DNA of 64,000 nt from Parcubacteria group bacterium Gr01-1014_13 (GTDB lineage: Bacteria > Patescibacteriota > Patescibacteriia > Magasanikbacterales > GWA2-37-8): contig VMGB01000004.1 of assembly GCA_007376295.1 (NCBI GenBank), forward strand, positions 6,569 through 70,568, written 5' to 3'. This document shows, piece after piece, positions 1 to 9,471 of this stretch. Position 1 is the first letter of the stretch, and each line of letters begins with the position of its first letter. A program made the translations under genes and the position numbers. The notes under the pieces were generated by a model. The model did not search any database. It was not told where the DNA came from and saw nothing but the letters and a program-made list of their open reading frames with translations.

Positions 1-570
1 AGTACGAGTAAGCTTAAGTTGCGCTTGATGTTGTTTAATTTGAAATTCTTTTATACCCGATGCTTCATCCAAAAAATCTTTACGTTCGGCCGGACTAACT
101 GTAAGTAATTTATCTATCATTCCCTGCCCCACCACACTATATGAATGCTGAGCAAATTGTGCCTGAGCTAAAAGCAGATGCACATCAAGCAGTCGCACCG
201 GATTATTATTTATTAAATACTCGCCTTCGCCTGATCGGTATAATCTGCGACCCACAGTAATTTCTGGATAATCTGACATTAATCTGCCATCACTATTATC
301 CAAAACCATCATTACTTCGGCGGCGCTTAACTGCCCTTTGGTGGTGGAGCCGCTAAAAATTACGTCTTCATTTTTTTTGCCACGCAAAGTTTTTAAACTC
401 TGTTCACCCATTACCCAACGCACGGCATCGGAAATATTGGATTTACCAGAACCGTTTGGCCCGACAACAGCTGTAATGCTATACCGGTTATTTTTGTACG
501 GTAAAAAATCCAAAACCGTTTTGTCGGCAAAGGACTTAAACCCCTTTATCTCTAGGCGTTTTAGGTACAT
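1..570 (-). CDS. smc: Chromosome segregation protein SMC, N-terminal part (gene continues past window start)
   Basis: Reverse-strand translation from ATG at 570 gives MYLKRLEIKGFKSFADKTVLDFLPYKNNRYSITAVVGPNGSGKSNISDAVRWVMGEQS..., an SMC/RecF-type Walker A N-terminus. No stop reached before position 1. Confidence 0.8.
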   Translation of the reverse strand, partial: MYLKRLEIKGFKSFADKTVLDFLPYKNNRYSITAVVGPNGSGKSNISDAVRWVMGEQSLKTLRGKKNEDVIFSGSTTKGQLSAAEVMMVLDNSDGRLMSDYPEITVGRRLYRSGEGEYLINNNPVRLLDVHLLLAQAQFAQHSYSVVGQGMIDKLLTVSPAERKDFLDEASGIKEFQIKQHQAQLKLTRT

Positions 571-620
571 AAATCAGTCAGACTACAAAAAGATTGTATC
601 ATAAAGTCGAAGTTTTACAA

Positions 621-656
621 AATAAAAAATACCCGTCCCAACAAAGTTGAGACGGG
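621..656 (-). terminator. Rho-independent terminator downstream of the 692-1264 gene
   Basis: Hairpin CCCGTC...GACGGG followed on the minus strand by a T-run (TATTTTTTATTTTG). Confidence 0.5.
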
Positions 657-691
657 CGGAATGAAGGTCTGAGAAACCTAATCAGATTCCT

Positions 692-1264
692 CTACTTATT
701 GATGCGAACCAAGCTATAATGGTCACCCCATTTGATTTCACCCCAGCCGAAGTGAAATACCCAATGGTTTCCAGACCAGTAGAGAAACGGAAAACAGAGT
801 ATGCCTTGGAGGTCTAGGGCCTTGGTACCTGTGAACAAGAGGGATCTCTTCCGGAACTCGGCAGAAATTTCGCCTTGATGTTCCAGAACGTACTTCGCGT
901 CTACCAACCCGAGATTGGCATTGAGGTCTACAGCGCGCTTATACATTTCTTTGGTACCAATCCATTCCTCGCCATTCTCCAGAAAGGAGATGAGTTCAAG
1001 ATCCTTGACCTCAAACTTTGACGGAGCGACATCCTCAACCACCTCCCACCCCCTGGGTATGATATCACCAGCAGTGGATAGCAGAGACGGGAACTTACGA
1101 TTCTTGAGAAGTATAGCAATCGTCTCCTTCAGCTCAGTCTGAAGCACCCCTCCCTGCATGATGATAAGCTGAGCGTCTTCCTTGGTGAGGTCCAGGTGCT
1201 CGAGTCCATCCTGCAAGAACCGACTGATTTGCTTACGCTGTCCGGACGTGATCTTTACAGTCAT
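692..1264 (-). CDS. Hypothetical protein (190 aa), high-GC island gene
   Basis: Clean ORF with AAGGAGA SD 7 nt upstream. GC visibly higher than neighbours. Weak resemblance to the 46828-47400 protein (ENGEEW/DGEKRW, LANLGLVDAKYVLEH/LANIYDLANFLYDH). Confidence 0.55.
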   Translation of the reverse strand: MTVKITSGQRKQISRFLQDGLEHLDLTKEDAQLIIMQGGVLQTELKETIAILLKNRKFPSLLSTAGDIIPRGWEVVEDVAPSKFEVKDLELISFLENGEEWIGTKEMYKRAVDLNANLGLVDAKYVLEHQGEISAEFRKRSLLFTGTKALDLQGILCFPFLYWSGNHWVFHFGWGEIKWGDHYSLVRINK

Positions 1265-1501
1265 CGTCTTTCTCCTTGAGTTACTGTATTTGACCAGGAA
1301 ACATTCCTAGCCTTCTTTTTATCCTTAAGATAGAACAAAAAGAAAGTTGGGAAATATTTTAAAGAATGATTTACAATAACACAAAATAATTGGATTGTCA
1401 ATGAGTCTGCCGTTATTTCTCAAAATAAAAAACCGCTGGGCGAACCATACGGGTTTGGACTAAATTTATTTGTACTACTTTCCATATCCAGGCAGAACTC
1501 T

Positions 1502-1705
1502 TTATTCATCTCTTTCTGCAGAGAGCTTGAGTGCTGATGCCAAGAGTCGCTCACCTAACTCTGTGCCGGCCTCGATCTCTTCTAGGACCTGGCGCAGACT
1601 GTATGTTTTGTGACCGCTTCCCACAAAAGGCTCGTCTGGATTATCAATTTTTTCCAACCACTTTCGCATTTCGGCAATCATTTCATCTCTTGTCTTAGTT
1701 GCCAT
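1502..1705 (-). CDS. Hypothetical small protein (67 aa)
   Basis: ORF with AAGGAG SD upstream, same orientation and composition as flanking island genes. Confidence 0.5.
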   Translation of the reverse strand: MATKTRDEMIAEMRKWLEKIDNPDEPFVGSGHKTYSLRQVLEEIEAGTELGERLLASALKLSAERDE

Positions 1706-1761
1706 TGATCTTCTCCTTGCTTTTTGTTTGAGAGATAAAGAACTTTGGTTTCATGACTTAT

Positions 1762-2121
1762 TTATGGCAGACGCCGCACCACGAGCTCGTCTGAATGCCA
1801 CCACCGATCGAGACTGTTCCAAAAATCCCACCATCTTCCGTCATGACAACCATGAGAACAAAAAATCTTTATACTCCGCGAATTACCAGGTTCGCGCTGA
1901 TTGGTCACGAGATGGTACTCGCTTAGCTCGGCTGCAAGCAAACGAACGTGATCTTTAATGAACAATGCATCCTCGTCAGTTACAGCGCCATTATTCTCAC
2001 CTGCCGTACGAGCAAGCACAACATCACCTGTAACAAATTTTTCATTTTCATCAAGGAAACCAACCGCTTCGTAACGACGATCTTCGATCTCGAATGGAAT
2101 TCGGATATCCTTGTGGATCAT
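1762..2121 (-). CDS. Hypothetical protein (120 aa); C-terminal third unusual (W/H-rich), possible frame problem
   Basis: ATG at 2121 preceded by AAAGGAG. Sigma70-like promoter immediately upstream. The longer 200-aa ORF-track version overlaps the DHH gene and was rejected. Confidence 0.4.
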   Translation of the reverse strand: MIHKDIRIPFEIEDRRYEAVGFLDENEKFVTGDVVLARTAGENNGAVTDEDALFIKDHVRLLAAELSEYHLVTNQREPGNSRSIKIFCSHGCHDGRWWDFWNSLDRWWHSDELVVRRLP

Positions 2122-2148
2122 TGCGTACTCCTTTCGTGAGTTGGCTAT

Positions 2149-2177
2149 TTTATAGCGAAAAATGGCCTTTTTGTCAA
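2149..2177 (-). promoter_or_regulatory. Sigma70-type promoter (TTGACA-17-TATAAA) for the 2121-692 operon
   Basis: Reverse complement reads TTGACAaaaaggccatttttcgcTATAAA. The -35 sits back-to-back with a plus-strand TTGACA at 2182. Confidence 0.45.
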
Positions 2178-2181
2178 TCCC

Positions 2182-2210
2182 TTGACACCGGTAAGAAATA
2201 AGGATACAAT
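2182..2210 (+). promoter_or_regulatory. Sigma70-type promoter (TTGACA-17-TACAAT) for the DHH phosphoesterase gene
   Basis: TTGACAccggtaagaaataaggaTACAAT. Implies the CDS starts at 2239 with a short leader lacking SD. Confidence 0.35.
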
Positions 2211-2238
2211 GTCTCGTTACACTATAAAAATAACCAAA

Positions 2239-3201
2239 ATGCAACGCACTGCCCAACAGATCCATAATCATATAAAAAACGCCAACAAACTGGCGTTGGT
2301 TTCCCATCCAAATCCAGATGGTGACACCTTGGGTGCGGCTATGGCTTTTGCCGAATACTTGCAAACCTTAGGTAAAGAAGTTAAAATTTTCTGCCTTACT
2401 CCGGTACCAGAAAAATTTAGCTTTCTTAAAAATATACACATGGTAAGCCAAGACCCAGAAACTTTTCTGGATATGGACACTATTACCGTGTTAGATTGTG
2501 GCGATCTGCGTTATGCCGGTGTCGTTGACCTATTAAAGAATCATGCCGCTACGATTATAAACATAGATCATCATGCTACCAATGAAAAATATGGCCACAT
2601 GAATATGGTAGTTGTAAATGCAGCCTCTACTACCGAAGTTGTCCATAACTTCTTTAAATTCAACAATATTAATATTACTCCGACCATGGCAACCGCTTTG
2701 CTTACCGGACTAATCACTGACACAGATAACTTTTCCAACTCCGCCACTTCCCACACATCTCTAGTCGCCTCCAGCGAACTACTTCGTTCTGGAGCTAACT
2801 GGGGTGCAATACATCGCGCTTTAGTACAAAATAAATCTATTGCTATACTTAAATTGTGGGGACTAATTCTGAGCCGATTAACAAAAAAAGAAAACTCCGA
2901 CATGGCCTACACTTATTCAACAATCAAAGATTTAGTTCAGCATGGAATAAACGATGATGATATAGAAGGAATATCGAATTTCCTAAACAAGCTGGACGGC
3001 GCCAAAATGTCGCTATTCATAAAAGAAATAGCTGACGGTAAAATTAAAGGCAGTTTCCGAACAACGAGCGACGACATAGATGTATCGGCCTTAGCAAAAA
3101 AAATGGGCGGAGGCGGACACAAAAAAGCCGCTGGATTCACCACTGACGGAACTATAGAAAATGTGGTAGACAAAATCATTGATTTACAGGCTCAAAAATA
3201 A
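2239..3201 (+). CDS. nrnA: DHH/DHHA1 family phosphoesterase (NrnA-like oligoribonuclease/pAp phosphatase)
   Basis: HPNPDGDTLGAA (DHH motif I), DHH at IDHHATN, DHHA1 GGGGHKKAAGF. Start ambiguous: 2182, 2209 (AAGGA SD) or 2239. Confidence 0.8.
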   Translation: MQRTAQQIHNHIKNANKLALVSHPNPDGDTLGAAMAFAEYLQTLGKEVKIFCLTPVPEKFSFLKNIHMVSQDPETFLDMDTITVLDCGDLRYAGVVDLLKNHAATIINIDHHATNEKYGHMNMVVVNAASTTEVVHNFFKFNNINITPTMATALLTGLITDTDNFSNSATSHTSLVASSELLRSGANWGAIHRALVQNKSIAILKLWGLILSRLTKKENSDMAYTYSTIKDLVQHGINDDDIEGISNFLNKLDGAKMSLFIKEIADGKIKGSFRTTSDDIDVSALAKKMGGGGHKKAAGFTTDGTIENVVDKIIDLQAQK

Positions 3202-3234
3202 ATGCTAAGCTATAATTTAATTAAAATTAAATAT

Positions 3235-3837
3235 ATGACAGACAATATTAAATCCCAATACCTTATACCTACAGTTATCGAAAAAACCAGTTACGGCGAG
3301 CGCGCCTATGATATTTATTCTCGCTTACTTCAAGACAGAATTATATTCTTGGGCACAGCCATAGATGATAATGTGGCTAATGTGATTATCGCTCAATTGT
3401 TGTTTTTGGAAAATCAAAATCCGGACAAAGATATTAAATTATATATAAATTCTCCGGGTGGATCAGTAACTGCAGGAATGGCTATCTACGACACCATGCA
3501 ATATATCAAACCGGATGTCAGCACGATTTGTGTGGGCATGGCCGCCAGCATGGGTGCATTCCTCTTGTCTGCCGGAGCCAAAGGTAAACGCTTTGCTTTG
3601 CCTAATTCTGAAATCATGATTCACCAGGTAATGGGTGGCATGGAAGGCCAGGCCAGTGACATCAAAATCCGAGCCGAACGCATCTTAAAAATGAAGGATA
3701 ATCTGAACAAAATCATGGCCAAACATACGGGCAAAAACTTGGCCCAGATAGAAAAGGATACTGATCGAGACAACTTTATGGATGCCGAGGAATCAGTCAA
3801 ATACGGCATTGTCGATAAGGTCATTGAGAAGCAATAA
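3235..3837 (+). CDS. clpP: ATP-dependent Clp protease proteolytic subunit
   Basis: [19 protein letters not shown]...[11 protein letters not shown]...IMIHQ. Catalytic Ser/His context typical of ClpP. ORF track start 3202, likely true start MTDNIK at 3235. Confidence 0.9.
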   Translation: MTDNIKSQYLIPTVIEKTSYGERAYDIYSRLLQDRIIFLGTAIDDNVANVIIAQLLFLENQNPDKDIKLYINSPGGSVTAGMAIYDTMQYIKPDVSTICVGMAASMGAFLLSAGAKGKRFALPNSEIMIHQVMGGMEGQASDIKIRAERILKMKDNLNKIMAKHTGKNLAQIEKDTDRDNFMDAEESVKYGIVDKVIEKQ

Positions 3838-3854
3838 ACTTAAATAAACAAACC

Positions 3855-3884
3855 ACACCCGCTTCGGCGGGTGTTTTGTTTATT
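3855..3884 (+). terminator. Rho-independent terminator after clpP
   Basis: ACACCCGC-TTCG-GCGGGTGT hairpin then TTTTGTTTATTT. Confidence 0.75.
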
Positions 3885-3935
3885 TAAAAAGCCCTTATTT
3901 TAGCCAAAAATTGACTATTTCCCTCCCTTTGCCCC

Positions 3936-3964
3936 TTGACAAATTTAAGATACTATGATATATT
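3936..3964 (+). promoter_or_regulatory. Consensus sigma70 promoter TTGACA-17-TATATT with no downstream CDS
   Basis: TTGACAaatttaagatactatgaTATATT. Next plus-strand coding gene is absent; region ends in a strong terminator at 4204-4241. Confidence 0.5.
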
Positions 3965-3970
3965 TAGTTG

Positions 3971-4241
3971 TTACCTACAAAGTTAGATAAATCAAGTCAG
4001 ATAGATATCGGGTAACAACACGCTTTCAATAACGGTTTTAGAGGATATGGAGCATTGATTACCGAGGGTAATTAGCGCCCCGTATCCACGACAAGCATGG
4101 AGGTGTGCTAGAGGGAACAACTGGCTTAGGCTCGTTTTCTTCTTTAACACATCTTCTTGGGTGCGGTTTTAGGGGGAGGTTTACTTCCCTCAATATAAAT
4201 AATCTCGGCCTCGACATCATGTCGGGGCCGAGTTTGTTTTT
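3971..4241 (+). ncRNA. Putative ~270-nt non-coding RNA of unknown class (promoter-to-terminator unit without ORF)
   Basis: Bounded by promoter 3936-3964 and hairpin CTCGGCC...GGCCGAG plus TTTGTTTTT. Higher local GC with several internal stems (GTTACC...GGTAAC). No tmRNA, RNase P or SRP signature recognised by eye. Confidence 0.3.
4204..4241. terminator. Bidirectional hairpin terminator (ends the putative ncRNA on + and the vanW-like gene on -)
   Basis: CTCGGCCTCGACATCATGTCGGGGCCGAG, U-rich on both sides. Confidence 0.65.
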
Positions 4242-4249
4242 GGATAAAA

Positions 4250-6187
4250 TCAGGGAGCTGCAACCTCACCAATTGGTGTTGAAGATGTGGAGGCAGACGC
4301 GCCAACCATACAAATTTTCGGCAACGGCCGGTAATAGCTATCAAAAACTCGGTCGATCTTTTCGCTCGTTGAAGTAAACCTGGTGTAAGTAAACGAGGCT
4401 ACCGCTCCACGAAAAGCATTCTGGCATTTTGTTTCGCCGGGTTTCAAATCCGATACTATAACTTGCTGCGGCTCTCCAGAGGGTATCCATTTTGTAACTT
4501 TCGGATGAGTGTATGAACCAGAACGTCCGTCACTTTTTCCCCACAGAGTAAATACTAATTGTTGTTTGGTATAGTCTATGGCAGTTTGCAGAAGTAAATA
4601 ACCACCCGTGTCGTTTATAAATTTAAAATCTACGCTTGGCTCATATAAAGTAGCATCAGTCCCCGGATTACCATTTACCGGATCAGCATAATAACCTACG
4701 ACCAAAGAATGATTGCGGCGTTCGCTAATAGGCATACCGGAATTCATGGCCATTCTAAATAAAGTGGTACCTATTTGGCACATACCGCCGCCGATTTCAG
4801 GAATTATTTTATTGCCTTTTATTACCATTTCCGGCAAAAAACCTTCTTCTGATGTATATGGCCCGGCATATTTGTTCGCTGAAAATTCCTCTCCCGGTTT
4901 AATTAAAATTCCGTCCAATCTTTTTACAGCATTGGCAATATTTTTTATTCTGTTGGTATGACTATCTTTAAAAGTTGAATAGCCCACCCCGAGCACTTGC
5001 ATTTCATCCAAATTATTTACATCGGGAGAAGCTGTCGCGTTTGGCTTAATGGTATCCACGGAAACAGTTACTGTCTTGGCAACTTCAACCGGAGCAAAAT
5101 TACGTTCACGAAATAAAGAATCCAAACTATTGTAAGTATTATCTAAATTTAGGCTAATACCAGACTGACTGCCTTGAAATTCTTTTACTTTATTACCTTC
5201 CAATACATACCGGGTATTTTGTACCGGGATATCGATATAAGGACGGATTGTTTCCAAATAAGCAACTACTTTCTCCTTACTAAGAGCGAATACCAGATCT
5301 CCTTTTTCTCGTCTTACTTCCAGCCAATCTGTATACAAAGTCGGACCGATACTCCAATCGCGCCGACCCTTTGTTTGCGGATCTATAAAATTCAAGCCCA
5401 AATCACCATAATTCAAGATATTTGGCAGTTTGCTAAAAAGGGGCTCCAGATCACCGGTCAAAACTTCTGGTCTAAAATCCTTTCGGTAAATTTCAATAGG
5501 CGTCAGCGATAAAGAAGAAAGGTTGCTTTGTAAATCATTTTTTAACCTATCATAATCGAAAACCACGCCGTAACGCTCTGGCACTACTGTGTACTCCAGA
5601 GGCATAAGATTTGTTATTTTAATATTGGCATTGGAGGGCTGCTCACTAAACGCCGCCATGTAATTTTGCAAGCTGGTGATAAATTTATCATCCATAACTA
5701 CATCTACCGGCACTTTGCGCGAAGAAATAAAACGGAAATATAATGGTTGCCATATTTGTTGCCAAAACGTGCCCGTTCTACCCACAGACATTAATTTAGC
5801 CGCCGAGCTATCGCTGTTTATGCGAATCATTTCTACAGAACTATCGTCGGTAGACACAACACTAAATTTAAAGTTCTTACTTTGAGTTTTTGTATTAGAG
5901 GTAGTTGCGGTAGAAAAATTTAAATCCAAACTCTCTTTGGTAATTTTATTATTAAAATTTTCAATAAAATCTTTAGCTTGCTGCTCAGTCATACCACCTA
6001 AAGAATGCTGCCCAACATATACTCCCGGAAAAATCTTGCCGTCATAAAAAGAATGATATACCAAAGCACCAGTGTCGGCCAAAATTGCTAAAACCAAAAA
6101 AATACCCAAACCAATCAGAACATTTCTTTTCCAAGAAATTTCAGGCCCTGGAAAAATATTTTTTATTGTATCTGAATTTTTAGACAT
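4250..6187 (-). CDS. VanW-family protein with N-terminal transmembrane segment
   Basis: N-terminal hydrophobic helix. GGGMCQIGTTLFRMAMNSGMPISERRNHS matches the VanW domain signature. Confidence 0.75.
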   Translation of the reverse strand: MSKNSDTIKNIFPGPEISWKRNVLIGLGIFLVLAILADTGALVYHSFYDGKIFPGVYVGQHSLGGMTEQQAKDFIENFNNKITKESLDLNFSTATTSNTKTQSKNFKFSVVSTDDSSVEMIRINSDSSAAKLMSVGRTGTFWQQIWQPLYFRFISSRKVPVDVVMDDKFITSLQNYMAAFSEQPSNANIKITNLMPLEYTVVPERYGVVFDYDRLKNDLQSNLSSLSLTPIEIYRKDFRPEVLTGDLEPLFSKLPNILNYGDLGLNFIDPQTKGRRDWSIGPTLYTDWLEVRREKGDLVFALSKEKVVAYLETIRPYIDIPVQNTRYVLEGNKVKEFQGSQSGISLNLDNTYNSLDSLFRERNFAPVEVAKTVTVSVDTIKPNATASPDVNNLDEMQVLGVGYSTFKDSHTNRIKNIANAVKRLDGILIKPGEEFSANKYAGPYTSEEGFLPEMVIKGNKIIPEIGGGMCQIGTTLFRMAMNSGMPISERRNHSLVVGYYADPVNGNPGTDATLYEPSVDFKFINDTGGYLLLQTAIDYTKQQLVFTLWGKSDGRSGSYTHPKVTKWIPSGEPQQVIVSDLKPGETKCQNAFRGAVASFTYTRFTSTSEKIDRVFDSYYRPLPKICMVGASASTSSTPIGEVAAP

Positions 6188-6188
6188 A

Positions 6189-6626
6189 CTATTCCTCTAT
6201 TACCATAATAGGAATGTCGCTATTATTTTGATTGGCTTTAGGAAGTCGTATGATAAGCACTCCATTTTTGTATTGAGCCTGCACCATTTCTGCTTTTACA
6301 TCTGTAGGCAAAATAATACTACGAGAAAATTTACCCCAATAACATTCCTGATAAAAATGTTCGCCTATTTCCCCTATTGGCGATTTTCTTTCGCCCCTGA
6401 TAGTGAGCAAGTCATTGTGCAGATGCAATTCGATACAATCAGCCGGTGTGCCAGCCATAGCGGCCACAACAATTAACTCATCTTCCGTTTGGGCCACATC
6501 TACGGCCAACTGCCCTTCTGTCGCATGTTCCCCGTCTTGATTTTTTAGCGAGTTAAACAAAGAAAAATCAGCGCCGTTATTTGACGAATCTAGGGGTAAT
6601 GAAAATCGTTTTTCTTGCTTATTCAT
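6189..6626 (-). CDS. Hsp20/alpha-crystallin family small heat-shock protein
   Basis: ELHLHNDLLTIRGERK...KFSRSIILP...KNGVLIIRLPK, typical ACD beta-sandwich motifs. Confidence 0.7.
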   Translation of the reverse strand: MNKQEKRFSLPLDSSNNGADFSLFNSLKNQDGEHATEGQLAVDVAQTEDELIVVAAMAGTPADCIELHLHNDLLTIRGERKSPIGEIGEHFYQECYWGKFSRSIILPTDVKAEMVQAQYKNGVLIIRLPKANQNNSDIPIMVIEE

Positions 6627-6689
6627 ACACAAAAAATCACCAATCTTGTATTTATTGGCTATTGTAACATAATTGAAGCAAAAAAGAAA

Positions 6690-7274
6690 CTACATTAGCT
6701 TCAATACATTCCACCAATTCTCGATATATTCAGCTCTTTTATTTTGGTATTTTAGGTAATAAGCATGCTCCCAAACATCCAGACCCAAAACTGGTTGGTG
6801 GCCAAGAGATAATGGAGAATCCTGATTTGGTAAAGAATAAAGCTTTAAATTCTTATTTTCATCACGCACCAGCCAAGCCCAGCCGCTACCAAACTGACCA
6901 ACTGCCGCGGCGCTAAATTTTGTTTTAAATTCTTCCACTGAACCAAACGCCTCGCCAATATCAGTTATCAAACCACTGTCCGCATCTTTTTCTGGACCCA
7001 TCAGCTTCCAAAAAAAATCATGATTCACAAATCCTCCCCCATGATTTCTAAGTACTTTTTTATCATCCTCGCTTACTTCCAAATTGTTTAAATTCATTAA
7101 AAGTTCTTCGGCACTGTCATATTTTAATTGAGGATTCTTTTCCAATACTGCGTTAAATTTATCTAAATAAGCTTGATGATGTTTGGTATGGTGAATTTCC
7201 ATGGTTTTTGCATCAATATATGGCTCCAAAGCATCGTAGGCATATTCCAATTTTGGTAACTCAAATTTCATCAT
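6690..7274 (-). CDS. sodA: Fe/Mn superoxide dismutase
   Basis: MEIHHTKHHQAYL, NHGGGFVNH, DVWEHAYY: canonical SOD metal-ligand motifs. Confidence 0.9.
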   Translation of the reverse strand: MMKFELPKLEYAYDALEPYIDAKTMEIHHTKHHQAYLDKFNAVLEKNPQLKYDSAEELLMNLNNLEVSEDDKKVLRNHGGGFVNHDFFWKLMGPEKDADSGLITDIGEAFGSVEEFKTKFSAAAVGQFGSGWAWLVRDENKNLKLYSLPNQDSPLSLGHQPVLGLDVWEHAYYLKYQNKRAEYIENWWNVLKLM

Positions 7275-7301
7275 ATATTTTATAGTTAATGAATTAATAA
7301 T

Positions 7302-8174
7302 TTAACTTATCACCTTCTGACAAATAGGGCAATAGTGTGAACTGCGGCCAGCTATTTTCTTGCTGGTAATACTCCCCTTTTTGCAACGTAAACATTTTTC
7401 GCCCACCCTTTTGTAAACTTGCAAGTAGTCAGAAAAATTTCCTTTACCGCCGTGCGCGTTTACATAATCCTTAAAAGTCGTACCCTTGTGAGCGATAGCT
7501 TTTTTTAAAATAACTTTACTGGCAGTAAACACTTTCTTTATTTCCGTTTCGCTCATCTCGGCCACAGATCTTCCCGGATGAATGCCGGCAGCAAAACAAA
7601 TCTCATCTGCATAAATATTTCCAATACCCGCTATTAACACCTGATTTAGCAATACTGATTTTATGGAAGTTTTTCTTTTGCCTAAAGCTTTTTTAAAATT
7701 CGCCAAAGTAAAATTTTTCGTCAATGGCTCTATACCATACTTGGCTACAATTTTTTCTTTAACTTCTTTATCTACAACCTTTAGGTAGCCAAACTTCCGC
7801 ATATCATTAAAATATAATTGGCCGCCATCATTAAATTTCCAAACTACCCATGTATATTTGGTAGGCAAATCATTTTCTTTAAATACCGGCAAATTATGGC
7901 CACCCTCAATAATTTGATGGCCATGACGATAAATCAACTGGCCAGTCATTTTTAGATGGATTAATAAAAAATTATCATCGGATAGATCCAAGATCATCAA
8001 TTTACCAATACGCCCGATATCTTTTATCTTTTTATTTAACAAACTTTTTTTAAATTTCTCTACTGATTCTTTGATCGGACTTTTATTTATCACTTCTACG
8101 CCGGTAATTTTTTTGCCCACAAGAACTTTAGCCAAATCACGACGAATAGTTTCTACTTCTGGTAATTCCGGCAT
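7302..8174 (-). CDS. mutM: Formamidopyrimidine-DNA glycosylase
   Basis: N-terminal MPELPEVE, C-terminal zinc finger CxxC...CxxC (CLRCKK...CPICQ). Confidence 0.9.
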   Translation of the reverse strand: MPELPEVETIRRDLAKVLVGKKITGVEVINKSPIKESVEKFKKSLLNKKIKDIGRIGKLMILDLSDDNFLLIHLKMTGQLIYRHGHQIIEGGHNLPVFKENDLPTKYTWVVWKFNDGGQLYFNDMRKFGYLKVVDKEVKEKIVAKYGIEPLTKNFTLANFKKALGKRKTSIKSVLLNQVLIAGIGNIYADEICFAAGIHPGRSVAEMSETEIKKVFTASKVILKKAIAHKGTTFKDYVNAHGGKGNFSDYLQVYKRVGEKCLRCKKGSITSKKIAGRSSHYCPICQKVIS

Positions 8175-8175
8175 A

Positions 8176-9465
8176 TTACTCCCATTCCTTTCCTTGCCTG
8201 GCCAAAAGCTTGGCAGCCTGCAAAGGTTCGGCCATTACTTCTTTTACTAATTTTTCCATGCGTCCGCCTTGCGAACCTTTCGCCAAAACTACATCACCTG
8301 GTTTTAATTTTTCTTGCAAAAATCTACCCGCTTCTCCACTGGTAGCAAAGGAGGATATTCGGTGTTCATCCAACCCCGCTTCTTTAGCCGCTTGAGCAAT
8401 ATATTTGGCCGCCTCACCTACAGTAATTAAATTATCTATTCCTAGTTCTGCCACTTTAAACCCAAGCTCACGATGCGCATTTTCAGTTTCCGGACCTAAC
8501 TCCAACATATCTCCCAAGGCAGCATAACGCTCGGCTCCATCTTTTATGGCCACCTGGGCCAGCGTTTCTACCGCGGCTCTAGCTCCTTCAGGACTAGAGT
8601 TGTAAGTATCATCAATAATTAAAGTATTTTTTATACCCGCTATTAGTCGCATACGTCCGGGCAAGCTTTCCAGACCGCCCAAAGCTTGTGCGCCGTCTAC
8701 TAGATTTACCCCAAATACAGTGCCAACTGCTAAACCAGATAAAGCTGCTGAAATCGCGGACTTAGCAATTACTCCTGGCAAATATACTGGCACTACATTG
8801 CCTTTGTATAAAACTTTAAAATTCAAACCAGTTGGCCAACCCGTCTGTTCATTCTTTAAGATATTTACATCCGTCGCTCGTAAATCCGCTCCTTCTTTAA
8901 ATCCATAAGTTATTACTTCCCCTTTGGTGGCGTTAGCGTTTTGCATTATCAATTCATTATCAAAATTTAAAACCGCAAAACCATCCTGGCGCAGATGAGA
9001 AATTATAATTCTTTTTTCTTGAGCAATTTTTTTTATTGTCTTGAAAAATTCTGTGTGAGCATGAGAAATTAAAGTCAGCACTCCAACCTTGCAAGGAGCA
9101 AAATTGGTCAGGTATTCAATATCACCTGGCTTGTCGGCACCCATCTCCAAAACCAAAATTTTTGGATAATTTTTATCACGTAAAAAAATTAATTTTTTAG
9201 CTTTAAATATTACTGCCAGCCAACCAAGAATAGATCTGCCCGGAGTTTTTTCCACGCCAATTATAGACAGGGGCACACCTATTTCGTTGTTATAATTTTT
9301 TGTACTACGACGAACGGCAAATTTACTTTGCAGAACTGTCGCTATGGCCTCTTTGGCTGAAGTTTTACCAACTGAACCGGTAATGCCAATAATATCCGGC
9401 TTATACTTGTTCAGAATTTTTTTAGATAAAACTCTTAGACAATACTGTAATAATGATTTGAGCAT
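8176..9465 (-). CDS. murF: Mur ligase, probably UDP-MurNAc-tripeptide--D-Ala-D-Ala ligase
   Basis: ITGSVGKTSAKE P-loop. IIDDTYNSSPEGARAAVETL resembles the MurF IDDSYNANP motif. Size 429 aa. Confidence 0.7.
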   Translation of the reverse strand: MLKSLLQYCLRVLSKKILNKYKPDIIGITGSVGKTSAKEAIATVLQSKFAVRRSTKNYNNEIGVPLSIIGVEKTPGRSILGWLAVIFKAKKLIFLRDKNYPKILVLEMGADKPGDIEYLTNFAPCKVGVLTLISHAHTEFFKTIKKIAQEKRIIISHLRQDGFAVLNFDNELIMQNANATKGEVITYGFKEGADLRATDVNILKNEQTGWPTGLNFKVLYKGNVVPVYLPGVIAKSAISAALSGLAVGTVFGVNLVDGAQALGGLESLPGRMRLIAGIKNTLIIDDTYNSSPEGARAAVETLAQVAIKDGAERYAALGDMLELGPETENAHRELGFKVAELGIDNLITVGEAAKYIAQAAKEAGLDEHRISSFATSGEAGRFLQEKLKPGDVVLAKGSQGGRMEKLVKEVMAEPLQAAKLLARQGKEWE

Positions 9466-9471
9466 AATACT

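Noticed and set aside
338-604. Plus-strand 88-aa ORF at the window start
   Set aside because: Lies antisense to the smc N-terminal coding region, whose reverse-strand translation has an unmistakable SMC Walker A sequence. No SD.
1762-2364. 200-aa minus-strand ORF extending to 2364
   Set aside because: Its upstream 80 codons overlap the promoter and the DHH phosphoesterase gene. An internal ATG at 2121 with a perfect AAAGGAG SD and promoter is the credible start. The plus-strand ORF 1728-1958 in the same region has no SD and was also rejected.
4105-4377. Plus-strand 90-aa ORF spanning the ncRNA candidate and vanW 3' end
   Set aside because: No SD. Crosses a strong terminator hairpin and overlaps the vanW C-terminus antisense. 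Better explained as non-coding.
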